The notes below the pieces were generated by a model. It saw only the letters and a program-made list of their open reading frames with translations. It searched no databases and had not been told where the DNA came from. Made by a program: the position numbers and the translations under genes. This document shows positions 36,632 through 48,075 of a DNA stretch of 64,000 bases, piece by piece (positions within the stretch are counted from its first letter, which is position 1; every line of letters starts with the position of its first letter). The stretch lies in assembly GCF_044704955.1 (NCBI RefSeq), contig NW_027251843.1, positions 1,116,001 to 1,180,000 on the forward strand. The letters are read 5' to 3'. The stretch is from Pristiophorus japonicus. Taxonomy: Eukaryota.

Positions 36632-38158
36632 TCAGGCAAAGCGATCATTGATGAGCTCCTGGCGTAAGGCGCTTGCAGCTATCATGCCACCATGGGCCCT
36701 TTCATGTGATCTACAGAAGGGTGGGGGCGTGGCTTCAGCGTCAGCCTGATTGTCTGACCCGATGTCGGCGTCCGCCTCCTCGTCCTCCTCTTCCTCTCTC
36801 TGGTGAGGTGGACTGTCAAGCTCATCAGACAATTCTTGTCCCCTCCTGATAGCCAAGTTGTGCAGCATGGAGCACATCACCACGAATTGAGCTACCTGCT
36901 CAGGGTGGTATTGGAGCTCACCACCTGAGTGGTCCAGGCATTGCTTCTCGGCCTTTTGTCTAAGATCATGCGTAACTGACCTGACAGGGGAGTAACCATG
37001 ACCACAACGTGGTTCTCCCTGGATCAGGAAGGTGGTTCTCCTATGCTTTTTGGAAATAGGAGGTGGGTGGGGTGGCTTGACCCATCCACCTCCATGGCAC
37101 GAACCTGGTATTGCAGTACTTCCAGGAACGGTGCAGTGGCTCTAGGCCTTTTGGCTAAGAGCATTGGCGCAGAGTGATCCTTGATGTGTGCAAGGTGACA
37201 TCTGGCGTTTGTGATTTGACAAAGAATTGGAAAGATTGGCAACGAATAAATTTTAAAAAATAAATTAAAAAATCTATAGCGCTGCTTCAGCACGCCAATG
37301 GTTTTCTCCACAATATTGCGAGTTGCTCTGTGGCTCTCGTTGTATCACCTCTTGGCCTCAGTGTGGGTGTCACACAGGGGATCATCAGCCAGGTGGCAAG
37401 GCCATATCCTTTGGCCCCAAGTTTCCAGCATTGACCTTGTGGCTCAATGTTAAACAAGTCAGATACAATGCTCTCACGCAGGATGTGTGCAGCATGGATG
37501 CTGCCCGGAAATTGAGCATTCACTGCCAGTATAATTTGCTGGTGGTCGACAACCAGCTGGACATTCAGGGAGTGGAATCCCTTGCGGCATCCTGAAAAGG
37601 TGCCCACATCGCGATGTGCGTACAGTCTATTGCTCCCTGCATCTTGGAGAAGTTTGCAATTCTGGAGAAACCTCGAACCCTCTCACTCTGTGCCTCCCTG
37701 GTCATAGGGAAGCTGATCAAGTCTCTCCTGCGTGCGTACAGGGCTTCAGTGACCTGTCTAATGCAGCGATGTGTGGCATGCTGAGAAAGTCTGCAAATGT
37801 CGCCAGCTGTGGCCTGAAAAGAACCCGAAGCATAGAACGATAGTGGCGTGGTGACTTCGACCTCGACGGACAGTGCAGTTCTGATGGTGCTGGTAGGCTG
37901 TAGGCCTGCCCTTATCAGCTGGCATACCTCAGTGATAACCTCTTTGTGGAAGCGCAGTCTCCGAAGGCAGGTGGTGTCGGGCAAGTCGAGGTAAGAATGC
38001 TTCTCCTTGTACTTGCGGGGGGTGTAACGTCTGGTGCTCCTCATCTGTCTGTTATTTCGTACATTGGGCACATAATGCAATGTCGCGTTCCTTCAGCGAT
38101 GTTGAGTCTGCTGCATATATTTGGTCACCAAGAGAGGGTGAGAAAGGACAGGCCCCAT
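36632..38158 (-). pseudogene. HARBI1-like Harbinger transposase, frameshifted and interrupted
   Basis: FYASGSFQ, QGAIDCTHI, RKGFHSLNVQLV, PGSIHAA, EKTIGVLKQRYR|CLD and CSMLHNLAI. Confidence 0.92.
36940..37272 (+). mobile_element. Chimeric U2/U1 snRNA-derived retroposon (SINEU-like) with A-rich tail
   Basis: U2 5' end attgcttctcggccttttgtctaagatca; U1 5' end/SL1 acctgacaggggagtaaccatgacc..gtggttctccc; U2 3' half ..acctggtattgcagtacttccaggaacggtgca; second U2 5' piece ggccttttggctaaga; AATAAA and A-rich end. It cleanly interrupts the transposase reading frame. Confidence 0.88.
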
Positions 38159-39589
38159 TGCAGTAGCTCTCTGTCTGTCACCGATTGCACACAAGCAAAG
38201 AATGTCCCGACGAGCACACCTCTTCAATTCCAATCGGTCACAGTGTGGTCAAGATGTTTTCAGAGATGTTCACATCAACTCCAACGACCTGCAGAGTACA
38301 TCTGAACTCCGCCGAGGTGAAAGGACGCGACATGTGATCTACATCACGGCGTCCATAACGCTGTGATTCGTTCTGGTTAGTTCCACTTTTTGTGGGCGGT
38401 TTTTTGAGCGAGCGATATTGTGGGCGATATGTGTACGAGGTGGTGAAATTGACGGTGGGTGATCTCCATGGCCGTTACTTTGGGTAAATATGCTCTTCAT
38501 GACAAAAAACAGTCGCCGGGTGTTAATGTTGAATCTCGGCATTAATTCCATGAGGAAAGTAACGCTGGGTGATAATATGGGCGTTGAATTTGCCCATTCT
38601 GCTGATTCCACCCCAAAAAAGTAGGTGGGCGATAATATTTATTCTCTGCGTTAAGCCCATTGGGAAAGTAACACTCGGCGACAAGTCTCCTAAAAAAGCC
38701 CGTCAGTTTCCATTTTGTACCAAAATGGGTGATATCTGGGCATTATATGTCATTTCAGTGGTAAAATGGGTGTTAAGTGGGCATTAAACAGGCAATAAAA
38801 GAGGAGGTTCTAGCCCCAAGTCTGTAAAAGGACCTGACAACAAAGGAACCACAACAGTTGCACATTTTTTAGGATGAGGTGTTAAGATGAGAAATCAACT
38901 TGAGCCTTGCAGACTCAGTGTGCAAATGGGAAAACAGACGAGTTCATTATTGTAATCAATCAACCAAGGGGACCACAAAACAATGTATTGATGCAAACAC
39001 TTTATCAGAAAGCGCAGTGGCGGGAGATCAGTCATAACCTGGATATAAATATGTGAGCTAGAAGCAGCTCAGCAGGAGATGGAACAAGGACAGGAATAGA
39101 CGGAAGAAGAAGCACACAGAAGAAGTAGAAGGACACATGTACAGATGGACACAGGTCGAAAGCACGAACAGACGAATGGACGGAGGAACATGTTGTACGG
39201 AACGTACACAGAAGTAACAGCACTGCAGAGAACGGCCAGAAGAAGAACCAACCGGTCACGGAACCAATGACCACGAACCTACAATAGCTACAGCCAGGAA
39301 GGGCAATTGTATGATTTCAGTTGATTTCTCTCAGAAGTCTAGTCCTGTAGTTTTGAACGGTTTTTGTGCACAATAAAACTGACACTGGGTGAAGCCTAAA
39401 TGTTGTGCCACATGTTGTCCTTTCCCACTACAAGTTCCCAGGTCTAAGAATCAGAGTAGAGTGAAAAATAAACTACCTACAGAAATTGGTGACCGCGGCA
39501 GGACCTCGGCTTTGGGAATAGTATCATGGACACATACCAGGGCAAAAACCCCGAGGGAGGCTTGGTTATGTCTAAGGTCAGCTAAGGTG

Positions 39590-40250
39590 GTCGAAAAGGA
39601 TCTTCTCAAGGGCGGCTAGGGTGACCAGGAGAGTAACAGGGTCTGATAGGCTTGAGTCGTCTCCGTCGATTAGGGTAGCCACTGAGAAAAGAAGTCTCAG
39701 GTAGTTGTTCAGTGGTCTGAGGGAGACTATTGTACTCTCAAGGGCAGCTAGGGCAGCCAGCAAAGGAAGGAACAGTCTTGGGTAGGCTGGAGTAATCCCG
39801 GGTTGACGAGTGTAGCCACCGAGAAAGCCGCAGGTAGTCTGCGAAGGGGTCTCAGGGAGACCAAGGGAATCTCAAGGGGGACCAGGATTAGCCGAAGAGC
39901 TCCGGCTGACTAGGGCAGCCACCGGGTGAAGTAATCGCAGGTAGTCTGCGCAGGGGTGTCAGGGACGCCAGGGATAATCTCACGGGCGGCCAGGGCAGCC
40001 TGAGGAGAGAAACAGTCTCGGATAGGCTGGAATAATCTCGGTTGACTGGGGTAGTCACAGAGAAAAGCCAATATTGTCACGGGGTCGTCTCAGGAAGGCC
40101 AAAGGTGATCTCAAGGGCGACTAGGGGACCAGGAGAGAAAGTCTCTGACAGGCCGGAGTAGTCGCGGGTTGACTAGGGTAGCCACAGAGAGAAGCCAGAG
40201 TAACAGGAACCGCAGGTCACTGCGAGGTGGTCTCAGGGGACACCAAGGTA
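39590..40250 (+). repeat. Degenerate tandem repeats of 110-135 bp in the proviral leader
   Basis: tctca(a/c)ggg recurs near 39604, 39736, 39870, 39977 and 40109 with shared downstream tagggtagccac motifs. Confidence 0.8.
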
Positions 40251-40284
40251 GTCAGGGAGAATTTCTCAGCCAGAGGCACTGGAA

Positions 40285-41947
40285 ATGGACTCACCGCAGC
40301 AAAACGCGGTAGAGCCCGCGGCTAACAGTCGTCATAGGAAGTCCATGGAGGCTAAGGTAGCTGGATATATAGGCAACAAATTGAACATTTCAGGGCCATG
40401 GGCACGGGAAATGCTGCACTCTGGGGATCCGCAGGAAAAAACAGCAGAGTGGATAGTCAGTAGTAACCACAAAGGGTCAAAAAAGAAGGTGGTTTGGCTC
40501 ATGTGCCTGCAGAAGCAGACACAACTGTTCAGAGAAAGGATAGGAAAGCTGGAGAAGGAGAATAAAGGGTTAAAGGGCGAGGTAGGCAGTTTGGAGAAGG
40601 AAAGGCAGGACCAGGGTAGGAAGGAAGAAACGGCACGGAATCACCTTGAGTATTTACAATGCCAGGTGACTGAGTGCAAAAAGCAGCAGCAGACCCACAT
40701 TGAACAAAGTGAAAGGCATTTAGAAAGAGCCAAAGAGGCAGAGGACCAGGTCAGGAGAGTCGATAGCCTATCAGGTAGCTCAGAAACAGGGTTACGCGAG
40801 AGCAGATCACGGACCTTGTAAGGAAAAGATCCACCAATTAACGGCAGAGTTAGACAGGACCAAAGGGATGGTTTGTCTCAGGGCACACGGAACAGGCGAG
40901 GAAGATTGGGATCCAGAGGGGAAAGAGTCAGATGATGGGCCCGAGTATAGCGAGCATCGGCCGGCTCCCGAGGCACCGGGACCCCTGAAACCGATGTGTC
41001 CTTTGAGACAGCAGAAATTCGGCCCACCCCCACCAAATGGTGGTCCGGCACCATTACAGAGCGACTATATGATCCCATACACACCGCTTCAGCTGCAAGA
41101 GATGCTGACGGGTGTGGTACAGTTAAAGCAAGGAGGAGATGCCTCTGTTCATTTTACTAATATAGAGCAGATAGCGGGTATCAATAACTGCAGCGAGGAG
41201 GAGAAAGTGAAGCTAACACTGCTCTCGCTGGAGGGGAAGCTTTATCAGAGCTTGTCGACAGCCACCAAGTTAGGTGCAGGAACCCCACAGGGCTTAAAGG
41301 AGCAAATGATGGCAGTGCTCGGGTACAGTCAGGGTAGTCCGTTCTGGCAGGTAGAACAGACTAGGCAGCAAGTAAACGAATCACCCGATACGTTTGCAGA
41401 CAGACTGTGGGTGATTTATTTAAGGGCCGCTGGAGGAAATCTGGTACGGGCAGATTTAATAGAGGAACCCAGGAACCATTGGCTGAGAACCGTAATGGTA
41501 ACAGTTTGCCACAGCTCAGAGCAAAGGTTGAAGCATGGTTTGACCCAGACCATCTCCAGAATACAGAGGCAGGGGTGCTGAGAAGATTAACTCTAGCTTT
41601 AAGTCCAGGCAAGGGGAGGAGGAGAAACTAAACGGGAAGGTACACGAAGTAAAAGGAGAGGTTAGGCCATAGAAAGAATGGAGACAAGAGGGAGGTAATG
41701 CGGGTCGATCTAAAGGTGAGTGTTTTAACTGTGGGAAGTTGGGACACTGGAGCAAGGATTGTAGGCTCTCTAAAGGAGGGAAGCCAGGGTACGAGGTGCT
41801 GAGGCAGGAAAAGGCCAGAAGAAGGTAGCCGACGACCCAGTGCAGGTTTTAGTGGCCGCATTACAGCAGGTTATGGGCACGGGTGGAGGAAAGCTGTACG
41901 CAGCAGTGGGAGAAAAGGGACCCAATGTGTCGGCACCCCCTCTGTGA
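40285..41947 (+). pseudogene. gag: gag (coiled-coil N-terminus, capsid-like region, CCHC knuckle), frameshifted
   Basis: Heptad-rich IGKLEKENKGLKGEVGSLEKE, QQVNESPDTFADRL, and CFNCGKLGHWSKDC near 41721-41762. Confidence 0.85.
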
Positions 41948-44900
41948 CGGTGTGCCCAGCCAGAATACCTGTGTCTGCTCATATATGATGGGTGGGGCAG
42001 GTCATGTGTGGATGTGAAGGTGGAAACAGTTAGGGGAAGGGATCTAGTAGATACAGGAGCCTCTAGCACGGTTGTCCACTCACCGAATCCGACCACTTCC
42101 CCGTGGTTGAGCGGAGTACCATTTACACTGGTGGGTTTTACGGGTAATGAGCAGGCTGGGGCAGTGTGGAAACCCTTAACCATAGAGTTAGGACCGAACA
42201 TAATGAAATGGGAGGGCATTTTAATGAAGTGGGAACAGCCCGGTTCGGGAGTTCTCGGGACCGACTACATGTTGGCACACCACACCACAGTGGATATGGA
42301 AAACAATTGTCTATGGGGGGCAGTTGATGCAGATAAGATGGGAGAGATCGTAGTGATTCCCAGGAACAGTACAGACAAAGGCAGCATCTGCACGATGAAG
42401 CCGAAAGAGAGTTATGACTGAGAACGATTAGTCGATAACATTCCGGCCCGGTATCAAGGTATGTACGGTAGAATATGGATGCGTTTGCAATGCACAAGCA
42501 CGATTGCGGGATAGTATCTAGGGTAGAGGTGAAGATAGATGGGGATTCGATGACACGACCCCAGAAACAGTATAATTTTCCCCGGGAAGCAGAAAGGGAT
42601 TTGGAAACTGCTATAAATTCCCTGGTGGATCAAGGTGTGTTGAGGACCACAGCTACACATGTAAACTCACCCCTATGGCCAGTAAAGAAGCCCGATAACT
42701 CATGGAGGGCCACGGTAGATGACCGAATCCTGAATAAAAATATTCCAGCCTGTGCGCCCATGGTAGCAGTGGTAGCGGGAGTATCCCTGCGGCCACAACA
42801 ACTTTCACAGTGCTGGACATTTCAAACGGGTTTTTGTCCATTCCCCTGAGACGGGAGGACCAGTATAAATCTACCTTTACCTTTAAAGGTCAGCAGTATA
42901 CGTGGACATGTCTTCCACAAGGGTTTCACAACAGTCCCTCGAACTTTCACCAAAGTATGGCCGAGACATTAAACGGTTTTAGTCAGCCAGATCGGTTGGT
43001 ACAATACGTGGACGACCTGTTGTTATTCTCCGAAAGTGCGGAGGACCGCAGGCCATTATTCAGTGAGTTACTGCATTTGTTGAAAGAAGCAGGTTTTAAA
43101 GTAAATCCCCAGAAAGCTCAAATAGGCAAAGAGTAGGTGCAGTTTCTAGGTTTGACCATTAGGGCAGGAGAAAGGGCCATAGATAGAGCTAAGAGAAAGA
43201 CAGTCCAGGAACTACCTGTTCCCAAGGACGTGTCTGGAGTAAGGTCTTTCCTGGCAATAACGGGTTACTGCAGGGAATTCATAGAGGGATATATAACTAT
43301 GGCAGCTCCTTTGTTGAGGCTTCTTAGGAAAGGAGTAGAGTGGGAATGGAGTGAGACTTGTCAGGAAACTTTCATTTGGTTAAAAGAGGTGTTACAGACA
43401 GCACCAGCGTCGGGAGCAGTAAATGGGGACCAGGACTTCAGTCTGGAGGTAGCAATGACTGGGGACAGTTTGAGTGCAGTGTTACTCCAGGAGCGACACA
43501 GCAAGCTGAGACCGGTGGCCTCCGTCTCCCGAGTTCTCACCGAAGTAGAAAAGAGCTTTTCGAATTGCGAACGACATCTGTTAGCAACATTTTGGGCAGT
43601 GAAGCATTTTCGGTCGCTCACAGGGTTAGCTACAGTCACTTTACTGACCTGTCACACCACAACACAAATGTTACTGGACGGTAGAATGAAAGATGGGACA
43701 GTGAGCAGCAACAGGATTGCCCGCTGGACATTGTTGCTTACTCAGTTAGACCTGAAGGTCGAGAGGCCAGGAGAACCAAAGCTCGCCCCGAGCCTGGTTT
43801 ATCCGGGGGCAGCTCATGTGTGTTCAGTGGAAGGAGTGTGGGATGTAGATGTGGGATTCTGAGCTGGAGATCACCCGGCAGGCAGGGACATCTATGTAGA
43901 TGGGTCCAGTTCAGTAATAAACAGAGAGAGAAAGACAGGCTGTGGGATTTACGATCCTGAGGCAGTGATAGAGAAAGCCATAAAATCCCCAACACTTTGA
44001 GTATGCAGCAGGCCGACCTAGCAGCAGCAGCGTATGTAGTCACACACCCGAACGAATTCCCAACTCCCTGTACAATATGTTCAGACTCCATGTTCATTTC
44101 TAACTCCTGTACAGAGTATTTAGCCATATTGGCGAGGCGAGGGTTTAAGTCCTCAGATGGAAAATGGTTGGTGATGGTTCCATTGTTAAAAGTTATTTTG
44201 GACGTCAAGGGTACGGAGCAGAAGGGTGACTACATCCAAAAGGTCAAAGCACACTCTAAGACAGAGCCCAAGTGGGAAGGGAATGAGAAAGCAGACACAC
44301 TGGCTAAAACAGGGGCAGGAGAAGGGACACCTTGGGACCCATGTCACTGTGGACAGATCACGGCTGTAACAGGCAGAGAGGGGCCCAAAGAAGTCCCATT
44401 GCCGCCTGATTTAAAACAGGCTCAGCTACGGGATGCAGACCTTAGAGCAGCGATTAGGGACAAAATAGATGGGAAGTCTGTAGCGGGACCTTTGGGAGCT
44501 GCAGACATAGCAGTAAAGCAAGGAATGTTGTTCAAGGGAGATAGTTGGATCGTGCCAGGGCAGTGCAGGGAAGAATTCTTGCAGCTGGTGCATGTGGGTC
44601 CAGGAGCTGGCCATCCAGGGCCAGAAACAATGTGGAATAAAGTAGAAGCCGTGGGATGGTGGCCCGGGCTTAGAAGTGATGTCAGGGATTATTGCCAGAA
44701 TTGTCTGGTATGTGCCACAAACAATCCACACCCCCACCGAGGAAGGCTCCGTTGGGACACACGAGGAGGGTAGAGGGGCCATGGCAGTCTATACAGATAG
44801 ATTCCATTGGGCCACTGCCCACCTCAGGCAGAGGCAATAAATATTGCTTGGTGTTAATACATCTCTTTACAAAATGGGTTGAAGCTTTTCCATGTCGGGG

Positions 44901-45731
44901 CCACCGCGATAGTCACAGCAAAGATTCTGGTGCGAGAAGTATTTTCTCAATGGGGACTGCCCCTGATAGTGGAATCAGATCAAGGGAGTCATTTCACCGG
45001 AGCAGTAATGCAGGCCACCCTAAAGCTGTTAGGGATACAGGGGAAATGGCATGTGACGTATAACCCCCAATCGTCAGGTCCAGTAGAGGACAAACCGGAC
45101 CTTAAAAGAGAGGCTTAGGAAGAGAATAGGAGATACCCCGAAGAAATGGGGTGAGACCCTACCCCGAATACTGATGAGCCACCGAGCCAGTCTCTCTAAG
45201 AGTACGGGACACTCCCCACATGTGATGATGACAGGAGACTAATGATGACCCCGACTCATATCCTAGCACCAGTCCTGACTGAAACACAGGTTAAAGAGAT
45301 CACACGGGACAGGTTTGTCAGATCTGTATGGTAATCTGAAGGGGCTGCATTGGGAAACAGCTAACAATATGGGTAGGCAGCACCAGCAGAATAAACTGCT
45401 GCTGGAACTCTGGGTTACACAGGAATGGAGGGCAGGGGATCAGGTAATGGTCAGGAATTATGCCAGAATAGGGGCATTGTACAAAGGACCATATAGCATT
45501 GCAGACAAGGCAAGCCCTATGGTGTACGCGATCCAGCTGCCAAAACATATAAAATGGTTCCATATAAACCAGTGTAAGCTGTACAACCCCGGAGAGAAAA
45601 GTAAAAAGCGGGCCAAGGCCCCAGGAACAATAATGAGTTTGATCAGTGTAAGCCTCCCACCAATACTGTGGGATGATGAGGATGGAGAAGTAAGGGACGG
45701 AGCAGTAAGGTGGAGTGGTCAGGTACTGTGA
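41948..45731 (+). pseudogene. pol: pro-pol: protease, RT, tether RNase H, second RNase H, integrase; decayed
   Basis: LVDTGAS; NSPLWPVKKPD; LPQGFHNSP; QYVDDLLL; LRPVASVSRVL..CERHLLA; IYVDGS..CSDS..KVKAHS..GNEKADTLAK; GHPG..CQNC; [25 protein letters not shown]; KGPY. Confidence 0.92.
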
Positions 45732-46760
45732 CCTAGGGTGCCCTGGACACCTCCTCCATCTCCACCCCCGAGCCTCTGTAAGTCCAAGCATCGGGATAAA
45801 AGGAGAGGGAAGCAGTGATTGTAAAAAGGAGTTATGGACATTTGTGAATAACTGAAGGAGGACCTGTGAGGGGAAGGCCCCCCAGAGCAAAGGTATTTCT
45901 TTCATTTTTGTCTTTATAGGAGCGAATCGAGCCAAGGGTACGAGAGGAGGTGGACGTTGTGGATAGGCCTGTGGATTCCTGGCACAGGAGGTTGAATTAT
46001 TAGGAAGAAGGATCGCAGCAGATGGCATCAGACCGACCGACGCCAAGACGAAGGCCATCAAGAACACACTGTGACCACAGAACTGCCGTTGTTTCTGGGA
46101 CTCCTGAACTGCTTCGGTAATTTCCTACCTGGGTTAAGCACCCTACTAGAACCCTTGCATGCGCTATTGCGCAGGGGAGACGACTGGGTATGGGGGAATT
46201 CACAAGAGGCTGCTTTTAAGAAAGCCAGAAATTTACTGTGTTCTAACCAACTGCTTATCCTGTATAACCCATGTAAACGACTAGTGTTAGCTTGCGATGC
46301 GTCATCATACAAGTTCGGGTGTGTGTTACAACAGGCTAATGAATTGGGGATTTTGCAACCGGTTGCATATGCATCTAGGAGTTTGTCCAAGGCCGAAGGG
46401 GCCTACAGCATGATAGAAAAAGAGGCTCTGGCGTGTGTTTACATTGTAAAAAAAATGCACCAGTACTTGGTTGGCCTGACTTTCGAACTTGAAACAGATC
46501 ACAAGCCGCTCATTTCGCTATTCTCAGAGAGCAAACGATAAATACCAATGCCTCTGCCCGCATGCCAAGATGGGCGCTCATGCTGTTGGCATGCAACTAT
46601 GTAATTCGCCACAGACCGGGCACAGAGAACTGCACAGATGCTCTCAGTCGGCTACCATTGCCCACCACTGGGGTGGAAATGGCACAGCCAGCGGACTTGC
46701 TTCTGGTCATGGAGGCATTTGAGAATGAGAAATCCCCTGTTACGGCCCGCCAGATCAGGA

Positions 46761-47625
46761 CATAAGAACATAAGAACATAAGAACATAAGAATTAGGAAC
46801 AGGAGTAGGTCATCTAGCCCCTCGAGCCTGCTCCGCCATTCAACAAGATCATGACTGATCTGGCCGTGGACTCAGCTCCACTTACCCGCCCGCTCCCCAT
46901 AACCCTTAATTCCCTTGTTGGTTAAAAATCTATCTATCTGTGACTTGAATACATTCAATAAGCTAGCCTCAACTGCTTCCTTGGGCAGAGAATTCCACAG
47001 ATTCACAACCCTCTGGGAGAAGAAATTCCTTCTCAACTCGGTTTTAAATTGGCCCGTATTTTGATGCTGTGCCCCCTAGTTCTCGTCTCCCCGACCAGTG
47101 GAAACAACCTCTCTGCCTCTATCTTGTCTATCCCTTTCATTATTTTAAATGTTTCGACAATATCACCCCTCATCCTTCTGAACTCCAACGAGTAAAGACC
47201 CAGTCTACTCAATCTATCATCATAAGGTAACCCCATCATCTCCGGAATCAGCCTAGTGAATCGTCTCTGTACACCCTCCAAAGCTAGTATATCCTTCCTT
47301 AAGTAAGGTGACCAAAACTGCATGCAGTACTCCAGGTGCGGCCTCACCAATACCCTATACAGTTGCAGCAGGACCTCCCTGCTTTTGTACTCCATCCCTC
47401 TCGCAATGAAGGCCAACATTCCATTCGCCTTCCTGATTACCTGCTGCACCTGAAAACTAACTTTTTGGGATTCATGCACAAGGACCCCCAGGTCCCACTG
47501 CATCTCAGCATGTTGTCATTTCTCCCCATTCAAATAATATTCCCTTTTACTGTTTTTTTTCCCAAGGTGGATGACCTCACACTTTCCGACATTGTATTCC
47601 ATCTGCCAAACCTTAGCCAAACCTT
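46761..47625 (-). mobile_element. CR1 3' fragment inserted in the Gypsy pol
   Basis: (ataagaac)n tail, RPHLEYCMQFWSP, and tcaggac repeated at both junctions. Confidence 0.92.
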
Positions 47626-48075
47626 AGTCAGGACCTGGACCAGCCAGGATCCTTTACTGGCCCTGGTAAAAAAAACTGTGTCCTCCATGGGAACTGGTCC
47701 AGTGTCCCAGTGGAGATGCAGGAAGCGATTAAGCCATTCCATAGATGCAAAGATGAGCTGTCCCTGCAGGCGGACTGTCTCTTGTGGGGCAATCCTGTGG
47801 TATTGCCCAAGAAAAGCAGAGACACATTTATTGGGGAACTACACAGCACCCACTCAGGCATCATAATGATGAAAGCCATAGCCAGATCTCACGTGTGGTG
47901 GCCAGGCATCGACTCAGATTTAGAGTCATGTGTACACCAGTGCTTGCTCTCCATTGAGCAATGCACCCAGAGAGGCACCACTAAGTTTATGGTTCTGGCC
48001 ATCCAAACTGTGGTCGAGGATCCATGTAGACTATGCAGGCCCATTCCTAGGCAAAATGTTTTTGGTTGTCGTGGA

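Larger units (their letters stand above)
35590..38816 (-). mobile_element. PIF/Harbinger DNA transposon
   Basis: TIRs gggctaaaacctccactttt / aaaagaggaggttctagccc and a 3-bp TSD CAA (35587-35589, 38817-38819). Confidence 0.92.
35360..45975 (+). mobile_element. Decayed endogenous retrovirus-like provirus (5' LTR, PBS, leader, gag, pro-pol), 3'-truncated
   Basis: LTR TGTAAG...CTACA 35360-39481, split by the Harbinger, with AATAAA near 39371. PBS-like TGGTGACC at 39486. gag and pol motifs are listed separately. Confidence 0.88.

Noticed and set aside
36940-37135. Functional U2 or U1 snRNA gene
   Set aside because: The sequence is chimeric, lacks the U2 middle region, has altered functional motifs and an A-rich tail, and sits inside a transposase with no snRNA promoter context.
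37160-37185. U4 snRNA 5' similarity (agcattggcgcag) in the chimera tail
   Set aside because: The match is too short and gapped to support.
36632-38158. Domesticated host HARBI1 gene
   Set aside because: It is frameshifted, interrupted and bounded by TIRs and a TSD, so it is a transposon copy.
45318-46067. 249-aa minus-strand ORF as an antisense viral gene
   Set aside because: It spans the junction of two unrelated elements, so it cannot be an ancestral gene of either.
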